Of a stretch of DNA of 64,000 nt, positions 28,142 to 47,603 are shown one piece after another. The stretch is taken from contig OZ024743.1 in the NCBI GenBank assembly GCA_964016885.1, positions 279,868,001 to 279,932,000 on the forward strand, given 5' to 3'. A program made the translations under genes and the position numbers. Source of the DNA: Eledone cirrhosa (lineage: Eukaryota). Below the pieces are notes generated by a model that saw only the letters and a list, made by a program, of their open reading frames with translations, was not told where the DNA came from and searched no databases. The number at the start of each line of letters is the position of its first letter. The stretch's first letter is position 1.

Positions 28142-29530
28142 CGCGTGCGTGTGTGCGTATGAACAATTGTGAAATATATGGTTAGGATTACTTTGGGACA
28201 CTCAGTATCATGCAAGTGAGAAATGAAGACCTGAAATGACAGTAAAGTAAGACAAACAGGACAACAGAGAGGAAATGGGGAGTAATGCTAACGAGGGGTA
28301 CCAAGAAAATGGATAAAATACATACTTCTGGTTTAAGAACGTAATTTCTTAAACGTTAGATGTGTTTAGTAACTATTTACATAAATATTGGTTGAACGAG
28401 GAATGAAACGATCGTGATGAATGGGCTAAGCAACAACAAAAAATGAAATAAAATGCAAAGAAAACAGAAAGAAAGAATGAATGAATGAATGATAAAATGT
28501 AGACTAGGAGAAAGAAAAACATGAAGGAAAATTAAAAACGAAAGAAAGAAGACACAGAAAAAAGAAAGATACATACAAATAAAAAAAAGCTAGATATAAA
28601 GATATGAAGCTAGATATAATAGATATGTAGATAGAAATCAAGAAATCAAGACAGAAACAGTGAATGAATGAATGAATGAAATTATATTGAAAAGGGAAAG
28701 TATTTAAAGAAAGAACGTCGGCAAATAAGAGAGATATAGCAAAGAATAGTCTTTAAAAAATGCTACACATACACAATCAAACAATGAAAAACCCATATAC
28801 ACACAAACACAAGTACACGCCTACACATACATACATACATACATACATACAAACACATACACACACTAAGGCAAACAGAATATAGAAACAAAGTATAGTA
28901 GTGAGCGGAAAAAGAGAAAAAAAATGGAAGAAAATACGACTAACCTACTGAGAATAAGAAGAAGACAAAAATAAGTGAAGTACTAAGAAAGAAAAAAAAC
29001 AAACGGCGGTAGAGAGACAACAACAGATAGTAAAGAAAAGACATTTGTAAGTCAGAAAACAAAGAGAAAAGCCGTAAGAAATCATTAAAGCAAATGGCAC
29101 ACCAAAGGATTGACGTAAAAATACAATAAAACTAAGAAAAGAATCTAATAAAAGACAATATTAAGGAGTTTTCAATGAAAGAAATAGATGAGAATGGCAA
29201 ATAAATAAATAGATAAATAAATAAATAGATTGATAAATAAATAAATAACTAAGTAAATACACAATATAGGTAGTTTCTTTAGTCATACTAGATTTCTTTA
29301 TAGAGTTCTATAGGATCTTATGTTTTCTTCTGAAAGTGGTGACAGCAACTATTATAGTACACTAAGTTACTTTACTATGGATACTAAGACATGATGGTTC
29401 ATTATGGGTGCATAGAGGGTTAAGAAGGCACACACACAGACACGCAGTATATATATATATATTTATATATATATATAGAAATAGGCACACACACACACCA
29501 TACAAATACACACATACACACACACACACA

Positions 29531-29625
<95 letters not shown>

Positions 29626-29799
29626 GTGCGCGTGTATGTGCGTATATATGTATATATATATATACTGCGTGTATCTGTGTGTGTATATTTAAAAGTATAT
29701 ACATATATAAAGGCATACATACATTCATACATACATACGTACGTACATACGTATGTATGTATGTATGGATGTATGTATGTATGTATGTATGTATGTATG

Positions 29800-29830
<31 letters not shown>

Positions 29831-30114
29831 TCTTTAAACATAAGAGCAATCAATGCGATCAGAGCAGAGATACAACAGATACAATAGATTTACATTGACA
29901 ATTCAACAGATATAAAAAACAGCAAATTTAAAGAATGAAAAGTAAATTTCATCGATGAAATAAAATGTGTTCATAAAATAAGGATTTAAGAAGAATATAA
30001 AAATATACATAGTAAAATCTATATCAAAGAGTGGAAAATATAAAATATAAAAATTAAAAAAAATACGCTTACAAAGCTTCATGAAGACGCATATATATGT
30101 AAGTACGTACGTAC

Positions 30115-30145
<31 letters not shown>

Positions 30146-30249
30146 TGTATGTATGTATGTATGTATGTATGTATGTATGTATGTATGTATGTATGTATGT
30201 ATTTATGTACGCATGTATGCATCGCTATATATTATACATATATGTATAC

Positions 30250-30360
<111 letters not shown>

Positions 30361-30374
30361 CACACACATAGGTA

Positions 30375-30501
<127 letters not shown>

Positions 30502-30526
30502 GTGACTAACTATATGTGTATATATA

Positions 30527-30629
<103 letters not shown>

Positions 30630-30944
30630 TATCACTTACACATATATACACATAGGACATATATTAAGACTTCTGGAATGTTTGTCTTTCTTAAGAAATA
30701 AATCTTTGTCACCGCATTGTTTCATCTTCGTTTTGGAGGTCTTCAGTATTTTTGTATATTTGATTTTCTTTCAAATTTAATTTCAATTTATTTTCTTGTC
30801 TTACATTCTCCGAGAAAGAAATAAAACATTTGATAATCAACTAGCTAGACGTTTTACACATGCACCTATTACACACATGCCAACATGCGAACATATACGT
30901 CTTTCACTGTTTAAAATTGTATGTGTGTGCGTGTGTATATATAT

Positions 30945-31293
30945 ATATCACATAAGAAAGGGAGAATCAGTGTTGCGACGAATAACATTTATTAGACATA
31001 TTACAATCGTTCCTCTGGCGACCAGCTCGAGGCACGATCGATGCAATGATCGAAGCTGACTCTGAAATCGCAAGATCCTCAGATACGTCTCGATTCTACG
31101 AAGCAGTGTTTCCAAATTTGGAAACTCTGCCTCAAACTGGTCGCCAGAGAAACGATTGTAATATGTCTAATAAATGTTATTCGTCGCAACATTGATTCTC
31201 CGTTTCTTATGTGATATTATACTCTGCTCTGTAAGATCCACGAGTGCTCAAACGGCCTGCCGCTTACGGGGGCTTTAAGCATCCCACAGCAAT

Positions 31294-31295
<2 letters not shown>
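30945..31295. mobile_element. TA-flanked fold-back element (family H)
   Basis: ~90-bp inverted arms 30945-31034 / 31128-31217. Confidence 0.7.
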
Positions 31296-31328
<33 letters not shown>

Positions 31329-31934
31329 ATGTGTGGTGTGCATGTGTTGGGGGTGAGTGTTTGTGAGTGTATTGCCGTCTCTTTCACTGAGTTATAAATT
31401 TGTTGCTGTTATCGTTGTCATTGTTGTAGTTGTTGTTGCTGCTGTTGTCGTTGTTTGATTTGAGTAGACAATCGTATCGCGAAGGGTTGATAGAAGGCAA
31501 TATGAATCATTTGGCACGCTGATATTTTCATAGAACAAAACCTGGTATCGGTTGTACGTCTTTATATGTATCTATACTTGTGAAACATATATATATTTCT
31601 TACATGTATTTGTAATACACTGCCCGATGGTATAATCAAAATTTGGCCGAAACGGACTGCTTTTTTTCTAACACCACGCTACCTGCCAATGCCTAACTTA
31701 CTACCCTCATGTTGATCGCCAATCACGTGATATTTATTCCATTTGAAATTTTCAATGATCGCGAACAAGGAAGAATGTTTCTGTCTTGAATTTTGTTTAT
31801 TGACCGAGAAAGTATCCCGATGATTTGAGATTTCTCGCAATACTCAAAGTATTGTTATTTTCTCAATGAAACTGCAGTAGGAGGGACATTAAAGTAAGTG
31901 AAGGATTTTTTCTTGTTTGCTTTTCCCAGATATG

Positions 31935-32075
<141 letters not shown>

Positions 32076-32081
32076 GTGCGT

Positions 32082-32206
<125 letters not shown>

Positions 32207-32539
32207 TCGCTGGAGCGGCCGTTAAAACAGCTAAATACTATTAAAGACACTGATTGGCAAACATGCTTCAAAGGACAAATACCAGCGATCAATGGTCAAC
32301 AGAGAGAGAGAATCCACAAGGTAGGTGGCAGGCAGATGAAATATAGAAATATTGAAAGAGGAGGATTACGAGCAGAAATGTTTTGGCGCACAGCAGTGAC
32401 CGGAAGAGGATATACAGAAAGACCAGTTTACACACACACACATCTTCACCCTTATCAGCTCTCAAACCAAGGTTTTTAAATTGATAATATGGTTTTAAGG
32501 TACTGATTGAGTCCATTGAATGCTCTCACTGGATCTTTA

Positions 32540-32760
32540 GATATATCCAGTTCACTCTGTAAAGTGTTTAGTGAAGTACAGGATAGATAAACCCAGTACA
32601 CTCTGCAAAGTAATTGGTGATGTACAGGATAGATACACCCAGTACACTCTGTAAAGTAGTTGGTGATGTACAGGATAGATACACCCAGTGCACTCTATAA
32701 ACTAGTTGGTGATGTACAGGATAGATACACCCAGTACACTCTGTAAAGTGGTTGGTGCTG
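32540..32760. repeat. 46-bp minisatellite, ~5 units
   Basis: Unit GATGTACAGGATAGATACACCCAGTACACTCTGTAAAGTAGTTGGT. Confidence 0.9.
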
Positions 32761-33194
32761 TAGATGATTGTGTTTGTGAGTGTGTATGGGTGTATGTGTA
32801 TGAGTGTGCATATGTATGGGTGTATGTGTGTGTAGGTATATGAATGTGTATGTGTATGAGTGTGTATGTGTGTGTGTGCATATGTGTATGAGTGTGTATG
32901 AGTGTGTGTTAAATTGATAATGTGGTTTTAAGGAACTGATTGAGTCCAATGAAAGCTCTCACTGGAACATTCATCTACCTCCATTTTATCTACAGAGACA
33001 GAGGCGATCCATAGCTGCTTTCGGGTGATACAGTCTTTTGTCTCTTTTCCAACGCACCGTCACACCTATGACCACGTTGTTTCCTTTACGCCTTTTTTAC
33101 TCAGGCGAGCGAGTGTGTGATTTGAGGGAAATTGATCACTGTTTCTAACAGTCTTCAGCTAATCTTAAGATGTCCAAACCATGGCTACGTGTTT

Positions 33195-33680
33195 CTGATA
33201 GAATCGGTAGAGCGTCAGACACCATGCTTTGCAGCATACAGTTATGCCCCTTTACGTTCTGAGTTCAAATCCCGCCAACGTTAGCTTTGCCTTTCATCCT
33301 TACGGAGTCGATAAAATAAAGCACCAGCAATGCACTGCGGCCGATTTAATCGACTTTGCCCCCCAAAAAAGAAAATTGCTGGCTTTGTGCCTATATGAAA
33401 AACCATTATTATTATTATTGTTGTTGTTGTTGCTGTTGTTGATGTTGTTGTTATAAAGCGGTGGATTAGCAACATCTGTAGAGCGCCAGACAACACGCTT
33501 TGTAGCATATAGCTCCGGCTGTTTACGTTTTGACTCCAAATATCCGCGGGGTAGCTTTTTCTTTCATCCTTACGATGTCGTTAAAACTAAGTATTATTAA
33601 CGCACTGGGCTCGATTTACTCAACTTTCCTCTTTCTTTCAAATTGCTTGCCTTGTTCTAAGAGTAGAAACAATTATTATA
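33195..33680 (+). mobile_element. Two tandem tRNA-derived SINE copies
   Basis: SINE core at 33195-33415 and 33457-33680. Confidence 0.8.
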
Positions 33681-35249
33681 AAGTGTAAATAAAATGTGTT
33701 TTTGAAATGCAAACTATATTATTTATTCTTTTATGGGCTGATTTTATATTTCAAGGCAACATCCAAAGAATTAATAAGGAAACTTCTTTACAATTCCTTC
33801 TCACTTTTCTTACTCTACAGAGTTTTGTTGTATAGTTTGAATCATCTGCAATTCTCAACTAGCTAAAAACCATATAACCCTATCTACTCTCACTCGTGTC
33901 CTTGATTGACCCAACTAAATAAAGACCCTCGCTCGCTTAGCACGCCTTACACACGAAGAATTGTCTGGCCACGTCATGGTCACAAACATTAGTTTGTTTC
34001 TATTTTCATGTATTCCCCGCTTCTCCGATTGTGTATGCGTCTCTAAAAGTAATGCTGACGAATTCCCATGGTTTGATGCAAGACAATTCAACCCTATCGT
34101 GTTCTGGATGAATGAACTTAAAGAAAGAATTCAAGTAAAAATTGGATACACCACCATGAAGAAAATCAATATCGATCAACGCTCAACCATTTATAAAAAG
34201 AAAATGGTGGGAAAGTTGTATAACGGCAAGTCACCAATATTCGACTTAATAGTTAGGTGAAGTTGTGAATGTTAAATAGAGCCTATTTCCTTATTCAGAA
34301 ACATAGCAATTGCAATAGCAATATAAATGCAGCTAACTGATTTGCCCAAATCTATGAGCACTCTTGCGATACATAAATAAACATCGACTTGGTAGAAAGC
34401 TCGACGCAATTTCAATGATTTTGATAAATGTTTTTGAGGAAGTTTTGTTAGTGTGTTAATTAAGTTTTGTATTATTGTTATTGCAAGACCCTAACAAGCG
34501 GTCTGAATATCATGTCCAACAAAGAGACGTGTGATGAGCAGGCAAGTGGAAAGAGGAAAATTTGTGGATCTCTAAATGAACATATAATTAATAAAACTGT
34601 GATGCTTGAAGCAAAAATAGAGCATAACATGATTGATAAAAATTTGATTTCATTATAAAAGACTCTCGACTAACATTGTCACATCAGTTATTTCACCTGC
34701 TCCACTAAAGTATATATACTGCGTTCGTTAGTGACACAGATGTAATAACAATGTATTGTCAAAAGAGCATCACATTGAAAACTGACAGGCATAATCTTGT
34801 GTATAATATGATCAGTACCATACAAATAAAATACTGCAAAATTAATAACTATTTGTCCTTCTCTTTGGATGTTTACATTAAGACTCAGTCGTAACGTTTT
34901 TAAAAAAAAGCCCGAAAGAGAATAACAGCGAGAATTGTTAACAAAAGCCGATAAGCATAGAAATCATTCTATAAGACCTGGTTAAAAAGCTAACTTTTAA
35001 CAGATAAATTTAAATACAATATCAGTGATCAGATCTTATATGTACGAAGATCGACCTTATTGCTATCCCAAAATAACAATGACGTAGAAAGGAATATATA
35101 AGCTGTATGTGTTTTCAATTTGTATTATAACGTTATCTCGACGTATTGGATATATATAGGACACGTTCACGGTTCGTAGATCTGGGGGACCACAAATGCC
35201 AGTAGATAACCAAAATGGAAAGAGCCCTCCTTTTGGATTATACTCCCTG

Positions 35250-38590
<3,341 letters not shown>

Positions 38591-38934
38591 CATGTATATA
38601 TTAGCTCTCTGCGTATATATATGCATATAACTAATAGCTGGAGTATGTGTAACTGTAGGTATGCGTGTAGCCAGATACAGGAAAACTATTTTTATACGTG
38701 TGATATATTTCTAATATATGCAGGAAATCACGTACAAGAACGTTATCTGAAAGTGCACGTCACTCGCACATACATTGACACTGACCATTTTTATTAAATG
38801 AAGCACAAACACACACCCACATACACATGCACGCACGCACACGTAAATCCGGTATATCATATGGTTGGTATGGTATGATTCCGTAACTCCGGATAGAATC
38901 GTAGGGGCGCCGTATTAGAGAGATAGAAAATAAG

Positions 38935-39082
38935 ATAGAGTAAATATCGACCCCAGTACTAGACTGATACTTTTTTTATCGACCTTAAAAGAATTAAAGA
39001 CAGAATTTGAACTCAGGGAGCAGAGAGACGTCACGAATACCATGAAGCATTCTATCCGACGTTCTAACGACTCTACCAAGCA
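38935..39082 (-). mobile_element. tRNA-derived SINE, diverged
   Basis: TTTTATCGACC...GAATTTGAACTCAG...CTCTACC matches the SINE reverse complement. Confidence 0.65.
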
Positions 39083-39392
39083 TATACTCTCGACAAAAAG
39101 AAACATAACACAAAAACACACATAACAGACATACTTAAAACAGAACCGCTGAGAGACATGCTGATACACAGACAGACATCCTCATCGTTTGTATAAACGA
39201 GTTAAGTATAACGAAGAAAATTATAAGATATAATTTGGTTTGTATTATTAGAAATACAAGCCCAATACATGGAGTTCACACACACACGTTAATCAGTAAG
39301 ATAAACGAATTCATGTGGGTATGATATTAATATATCACATTTCCCAGACCATGCATGGATTCTTATAGATATATATAGAAACACACACATAT

Positions 39393-39446
<54 letters not shown>

Positions 39447-39476
39447 ATATACATAGATACACACACACATACACAC

Positions 39477-39508
<32 letters not shown>

Positions 39509-39511
39509 ATG

Positions 39512-39566
<55 letters not shown>

Positions 39567-40004
39567 TCAAATATAGTACAAAGATCTTAGGCGTGGAAAC
39601 AGAAAGAAGGAAAACATCAGAGAGATGTTGGTCATTAGATATCCCCAAAGGATACTGTTTAGCATAATTCTGGAAAGTGTTTTATCACGATGGATTTCGC
39701 AATGCTAAATCTGGAAATCTCCAGGCAAAACACGAACGAAATTGTAACATTAACCAAATGAAATATATACCTGAGTGAAAAACAACGAGACCTTCGGAAT
39801 ATTGGTCAATCTCAATCAGAAATATACAAACATACACTGAATAATCGAATATTTATACCAGTTGTTAAACTGTATTCAAATCTAAAACCGGTAGAAAGAA
39901 CAGATTCTGGAGACTTTCTAGGCTGGCAAACAGTATCTTTCATTTGCCTGAAGAGAGGAAACGCAGTGAAAAGAAAGATGATCCCATGTGTGTAATATGG
40001 GGCC

Positions 40005-40405
40005 TGAAAATACGATCGTGAATACAAGCGGCCAAAATGATTTTCCTCCGAAGGATGTTTAGAGTAATATTACTCAATAAAGTGCGTAGCTCGGTGATCA
40101 GAGAGTGACTCCAGGTAGAGCTGCTACTTCTCCGAATTGAGAGATCACAGCTCCGATACTATAGGACTATGGTTAGAATGTCTCCGGAAAGAATAGCTGA
40201 ACAGATATTACGGGCAAACCTAATCTGCAGGAGACCCAGGCGTAGATCCCTGAGCAAGATGGTTCTATAACATTCATGAGTTTAACTGGTTACGCTTGTG
40301 GAACCAATTGGACACGGTTGCTTCTGACAATATCCACTGGAAGGAGTGTTTGAGGACTCTGCCTCCACGACCCTCTCAGGAATAAGTGGGTGGAAACGAA
40401 GAAAA
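40005..40405 (+). mobile_element. RTE (Expander/Rex3-like) 3' fragment
   Basis: IQAAKMIFLRR, KVRSSVIRE*LQVE, IERSQLR, RMSPER, RRPR, LPPRP. Confidence 0.8.
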
Positions 40406-40406
40406 T

Positions 40407-40479
<73 letters not shown>

Positions 40480-41428
40480 GGGTATTATATGAGAGATAAA
40501 TAGTAATGTTTACGTAAAATTACAATAATTATAGATTACGTCGGACAAGCTAGGCTGTAAACATCAAGAAACATTTCTTCAGCCTAAATACACACAGACG
40601 CACATATACACAAAGATATTTAGACGTATGCGCATACAATTGTGTTTGTGTATTGAAATGTTGGTGTGATTTATGTTTGTAAGTTTGGTGCGTGTCATAT
40701 GTTTGGTTGTGTTTTGTGTGTGTGCCTTCACATGTGTATGACTAAAACCTTTACACAGAGAAGATTTACAGATCGATACGTTTTAGGTAAATATATGTAT
40801 TGATTTACCAACTGATCGATTGATTGGTTTTCTTAGTCTGTTATTTATGTATATACGCATTTGGGTTCGTGTTTCTATATTGTGTTTGTGTGTGTGTATA
40901 TTGTGTGTGTATCGGTGTTTGCATATATGCATTTATGTGTGTATGTGTATGTGTACCTGTGTATCTGTGCGTGCGCGTTTGCACAGAGATATAATCAGAC
41001 TCACACAGATCGAAACTGAATTTTTTTCCACAAGATTTACCTAATTTATAACCGAAACATAAATTTGCTGCGAAATTATATTCTATGTTATATATATATA
41101 TATATATACATTTAGAACATGTAATCACTTACGATCGTTTCATCCTAACACAAGGCCGGATGACTCGGAGTATATAACAAAGGTTAAAACACAAATATAA
41201 TATCAGAAGTTTGTCATAAGAACATTTTGAGGACACATAATATGTGCTAGGACGAAATTATGGTAAGTGATTAAATATTCTAAACACTCCTTGATTGTTG
41301 TTTATAAAGTATTTTGGCTCTGTAATATACTTGTTATTTTCCATTGAGCTATTCTCGTACTTGTAATTGGATAATATTTAATATTATCCACATTTCTATA
41401 TACATGTATATATAATATATAATATATA

Positions 41429-41465
<37 letters not shown>

Positions 41466-41468
41466 GTG

Positions 41469-41568
<100 letters not shown>

Positions 41569-41610
41569 TGTGTGTGTGTGTATTAATACAAATTCATGTA
41601 TATCTATCTA

Positions 41611-41675
<65 letters not shown>

Positions 41676-41699
41676 ATTGATTCAAGTAAGTTGTATTGG

Positions 41700-41845
41700 G
41701 AAAATGGTTGGCAGAATCGATAAATCATCGGACACATAGCCAGACGGTATTTTTTCCGGCTTTCTACGTTCTCAGTTGAAGACCTGCGGAGATCAACTAT
41801 ATATTTCCTCTTTCCAATCGTATACTGGAATTGATTTAATTGGCT
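41700..41845 (+). mobile_element. tRNA-derived SINE, highly diverged
   Basis: TGGCAGAATCGATAAA head and TTTCTACGTTCTCAGTT B-box region. Confidence 0.5.
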
Positions 41846-41999
41846 GCGTATTTTTTCAACATGTAATAATCTAGTCTAATACAGTAAAACACAAATCTAC
41901 GCTCAATTGTGAATTCTCGATAAGAGCTGGATTGACCCTTTGATTGAAAGGTAGAGCCGTTATATGTAACCTGTTATTGCTGAAGGTACACAGTCTAAT

Positions 42000-42140
42000 G
42001 GGAAGGGTGTTGAACGTGCCATTCATAATCAAGGTGGAGCATGGGATTGTTGTACAAATCATTTCATTTCAGCTTGCTTCTGAAACCGGGATAAGCACTG
42101 GCCTGAAGAAACTCCGAGTATGAACAGACTTTACCTTTAA
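42000..42140 (+). mobile_element. Possible MetaSINE-type remnant
   Basis: TGCTTC-TGAAACCGGGATAAGC..GGCCTGA...CAGACTTTACCTTT resembles the Meta-SINE 3' region (recalled, not searched). Confidence 0.45.
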
Positions 42141-42953
42141 CTTTATTATTGACAACTTACATTAATTCCAGCTCAACATATCGCCCCCTCCCCCTACAAA
42201 AACAGCCACACACACACACACGCACACACACAGAGAGAGAGACACGTGCACATTTTATCAGTCACTCATGTACATACGCATTTTATAAATTTGGATGCTG
42301 TTAAAATTGTTAACAAAAAATGAGAAATGGGGTATAGAAAAGGAAAAGGTCCTTAATTCCTTGTTAGACATATGGGTACCAACTTGATACACGGGGCGGG
42401 GCGAGGATTGGGTATTCTAAATCTGGCAGTTAATTTCTTCCAAGGACACAGAGAGAGATTTGAACGGTCGCCACCAATACCATCGAAACACTGACCGCAG
42501 CGCTACACGCACGAGAGGATGATAATAACTAGTGGGAATGCTGTATTTTCTTATTCGTTGGCGATTGAACTCTTTACAGTCTCGTCGTTTAAGATTTCCA
42601 TTAATATAATTCGGCACCTGATTGTACAACACAATCATTTCGACACCTATTTTATATCATTTTTTAAGTGACACTGTAAATATTTATCTTTGAATTCCTT
42701 ATGGCTTTACGTGTTCATACTTTATACATATTTACTTGAAATCCGAGTTCGGTAACTATTGACTATCGATGATTTATTTATCAATTATTTCCTATGTGTG
42801 ACCTACTTGCCGTCTAAACCATGTAGATTTTTTTCAATAAGTTTTTATTGGAACACACGCCCATCCACACAAACACACTTACACAGTTACACACACATAC
42901 ACTTTCACACACACACACACACACTTTCACACACACACAAATATATATATATA

Positions 42954-43101
42954 TATTAAAATAACAGATTAAAATTTAAGCAAAGAATCGGTGCTTTCAC
43001 CCTTAACGGGATCTTCTGCTCTGGGGTTCTTATATATTTGATATATATTTATCCTTATCGAACCCTCTCTAGATTTTAGTCTTCACATTTATTATTATTA
43101 C
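42954..43101. mobile_element. Family B copy with non-overlapping inversion
   Basis: 42954-43018 is the inverted HHR-bearing segment; 43017-43101 is the 3' terminal segment; TA on both sides. Confidence 0.8.
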
Positions 43102-43112
43102 TATATATATAT

Positions 43113-43300
43113 AAGGGCGGGCGATTAGCAGTGTCGGTAGAGGGCTGACACCGTGCTTTGCAGAAAAGAGTTATAGTCTGAGTTCAAATCCCGCCGAGGT
43201 TAACTTTGCCTTTCATCCTTACGGGGCCGATAAAATAAAGCATCAGTAATAGAGTGGGATAATTTCCGGCCTTGTGCAAAAAGTAGAAACAATTATTATT
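43113..43300 (+). mobile_element. tRNA-derived SINE (octopus-type), full length
   Basis: A-box-like TAGCAGTGTCGGT, B-box GAGTTCAAATCCC, (ATT)n tail. Confidence 0.85.
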
Positions 43301-43302
43301 AC

Positions 43303-43343
<41 letters not shown>

Positions 43344-43349
43344 ATTTAG

Positions 43350-43598
43350 GGTAAAGGGTATCGAGCCCCTTCAATCACAAATTTCCTTGGGATTTACACA
43401 TAAAAAAGGTCCCATCCGAGGTGCAAATCCGGGCAAGTTTGATTGTGGAATATCAGCAGTCACCGATGCATACCAGTCTCCCGTCTCTATGCTACTAATG
43501 TTGTCTAGAGGAAAGGAAATGGCTGATAGAGTGACGCCGCCGCAACTCATTTCTACAGCTGGATAAAGTGTCTTACTCAATGACACAAACATCACCCC
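43350..43598 (-). mobile_element. Second SINE family copy
   Basis: Homologous to 24228-24447. Confidence 0.65.
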
Positions 43599-43619
43599 TA
43601 TATATATATAGAGAGAGAG

Positions 43620-43668
<49 letters not shown>

Positions 43669-43670
43669 TA

Positions 43671-43719
<49 letters not shown>

Positions 43720-43721
43720 GG

Positions 43722-44520
43722 CAGGGGCGTGATATAAGGCTGAATGTCATCACTTCATTTCCTTCGGGACTGATTTTTTCCGATAACCAACTTTCATGCT
43801 CTTTCGAACTTTCGATGTTTCAAACGTCAGAAAACAAAGTTTTGTTATGACCCCACATCTTTTTACGCTTCTCGTTTCACTCATGCTTCCACAGGTTTAT
43901 GGTACCCTCGATTCAGGTGTGCAATTCCTTATCAATGGAGGCCTTTTAAATCACCATGGCATTAAATTCAAAATACGTGACGTCTTTGCTGATAATATTA
44001 CAATTATGGCAACTTCTATTAAATAATCACAAGAGCTGGGTGTTTGATTCACTAATGAGAATGAATATTTCGTGCCCACCGTCAGCATTAAATAGACCGA
44101 ATTCGCTCATTAGACAAGACCCACAGGCAAACAAATCAGAGGTCTGATATAATTCCCTTACTACTCTCATCATCATATATGGCAAACAGATGAAATATGT
44201 ACAGACTTTCACATAATCAGGGAGTAGAAAGAACTTAATTCCCTGTCGTGATGATGAAATTCTCATTCGTATAGTTAAAGCTACAAATGGTTTAGGCCAT
44301 GATTATCATCATTTGTAGAAGAAACGAGGGACCTTAATAAAAGCAAACATTAATGTCAACCATAAATGTCTACCAAGTTTCAGTTCTTTTCTTATTACTC
44401 TTCGGTACCGATTGGAATCTCAATCAGATATTATTCAACTTTTAGAGCAATAAACATCAGAACTAAAGGGAAATTAGCAAGAAGCTGAACCCTCATACTT
44501 CGAAATCAATGGTACCATCC
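43722..44520 (+). pseudogene. Decayed Tc1-like transposon fragment
   Basis: RDDEILIRIVK and KGKLARS* resemble the Tc1 HTH region (RDDRxIxR; GRxARKKP). Confidence 0.4.
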
Positions 44521-44530
44521 CTTATTTTAA

Positions 44531-45503
<973 letters not shown>

Positions 45504-45506
45504 TAT

Positions 45507-45692
45507 ACAATATATTAATAAATGGAAACTATATTTATAAAGAATGCCTTGGTTGCCCTTGAAATATATATAATAAAATAATTATGGCTTTTTAAATATA
45601 GTTTCCATTTATTAATATATTGAATATTTACTCCAGTAACTTGTTGAGTGCTTTATATCAGTTATAAAATGTTTAAGCTTCTTGGAATCCCA
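45507..45692 (+). mobile_element. Family J fragment with 30-bp fold-back and HHR 3' half
   Basis: Homologous to 3585-3655; inverted arms ~45508-45537 / 45593-45622. Confidence 0.6.
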
Positions 45693-45738
<46 letters not shown>

Positions 45739-45784
45739 ATATATATATATATATACAGTATATATATATATGTGTGTGTGTATG

Positions 45785-45916
<132 letters not shown>

Positions 45917-47251
45917 TATATATATGTGTGTTTGTTTGTATGTGTGTGTGTGTGCATGTGAGTGTGGGTGTGTACGCACGCATTTCTGACCCGTTTGTCA
46001 ATTTCTTGTTCACTTAAATGTTAAATAATAATTTCATAGGAACTCAGATGTACATTTAACATATATGATTCATGTCCAGCATTTCCGTTTAAGCCATACA
46101 TGTCCTGCTTGCTTTATTCATGATGTTCTTGACTTTTGTAAATAATCTGTTCCCCAGCTCTGGAAATACAAAGACAATGTAGTATTCTTATTCATATTTG
46201 ATGTAAGATTGTTTTGGGTGTTTATCATACATTTACTCGTGAGTTGCAAGAAGAAAGACAAACCTTGTGTCAAATCGAAGACAGCGTTGTTTGTTGTCTA
46301 AATTGTTTTCTGTAGCCTTAGTTTGCTGTTCAAATAGGATGTCATAATTGATGTTTGGAGCACAAACATTGTTATTGTGGTTTTTGTCAGAAATATTCTG
46401 TCGATTGTGTTTGTAATATATTCGGTCGAGACACGCAAACAACCATCGCATATTTTGAATCTCTTTATTATTTGAATGTCCCGTGATATAATGCACAGTT
46501 TTCATAATAACCGAAATAATGATAAGTGATATGGTTTATAAATTTTTACATTATCTTAATGTTATTTCTTACCGCTTTAGAGGTTTCGTTTCTTTGTATT
46601 TGTGATATTTAACATGCATCCTTTCTTCGGTTTTGTATTTGCTTTTCGAGTAACATTTTTATGTATGTAGTAAATAGTCTTGGTTCCAATTTATCTTGGT
46701 CCCGGACAAAGGTTTCATATTAAATACGAAGCAGTGCCGATTTAAATCGCATATTTGACTTTCTAACCTGTCTGGTTCTATAGGTACCCGATGTAAATCT
46801 AATATGATCTACAAAGGCCATTGAATGTGGTCTTTCGCTTCTGTCAAGACAGATTGAAAATCGATTCCTTCATCAGACATGTTAACATAGCAATATTATA
46901 TGGGTTATTTCTCATAAGCATTTCATATTTGTCCACTGACTGGATTAATATACGCCTTAAGTGTGTGTATATATTAAGTTATCGCACATATGTGTAGTAC
47001 ATTTACACAGGGACAAAAAAATGTAAGCGATATAAATATATACACATAGATATATATGCGTATATATCTTGGAGGGGAGAGACAGAGATAGAGAGTGCCT
47101 ATACACACACACAAACACGCGCACGCGCACGCGCACGCGCACGCGCACGCACACACACACACACACACTAACACATATATATAGCGAGAGAGAGAGTAAG
47201 AGAGGGAGAGAAAGAGAGAGAATAAGAGAGAGAGAGAGAAGTAGAGAGAGA

Positions 47252-47537
47252 CATTTATTTATGCTTAGAAGATGTAGAAATTCTCGTTTAGAAAATCGGG
47301 TAAAATACCTCTATGGTCGGGTAAAAATGGCCAACAGCAACTACAAAGTATCAAACATATATATTTATATAAACTTAAATATGAGTTACCGCGGCAAATG
47401 CGTTGAAATGCTTAAAACATAGAGTAGTACAGTGTTGGACACTTTCTAGTGGCTGTTGGCATTTTTACCCGACCATAGGCGTATATTACCCGATTTTCTA
47501 AACGAGAATTTCTACATTTTCTAAGCATAAATAAATG
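47252..47537. repeat. ~105-bp inverted repeat extended outward by (GA)n/(TC)n
   Basis: Arms ~47252-47358 / 47433-47537. Confidence 0.85.
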
Positions 47538-47542
47538 TATTG

Positions 47543-47603
<61 letters not shown>

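Noticed and set aside
32540-32760. CRISPR-like regular repeat
   Set aside because: Contiguous tandem units with no unique spacers, eukaryotic context and no cas genes.
34510-34690. Possible Tigger/pogo N-terminal remnant (KTVMLEAKIE)
   Set aside because: Similarity too short and weak to call.
43113-43200. tRNA gene
   Set aside because: A/B-box heads belong to SINEs; no cloverleaf.
46790-46880. CTGATGA on the minus strand (and similar at ~4643 plus)
   Set aside because: No consistent stem II/GAAA/stem I arrangement.
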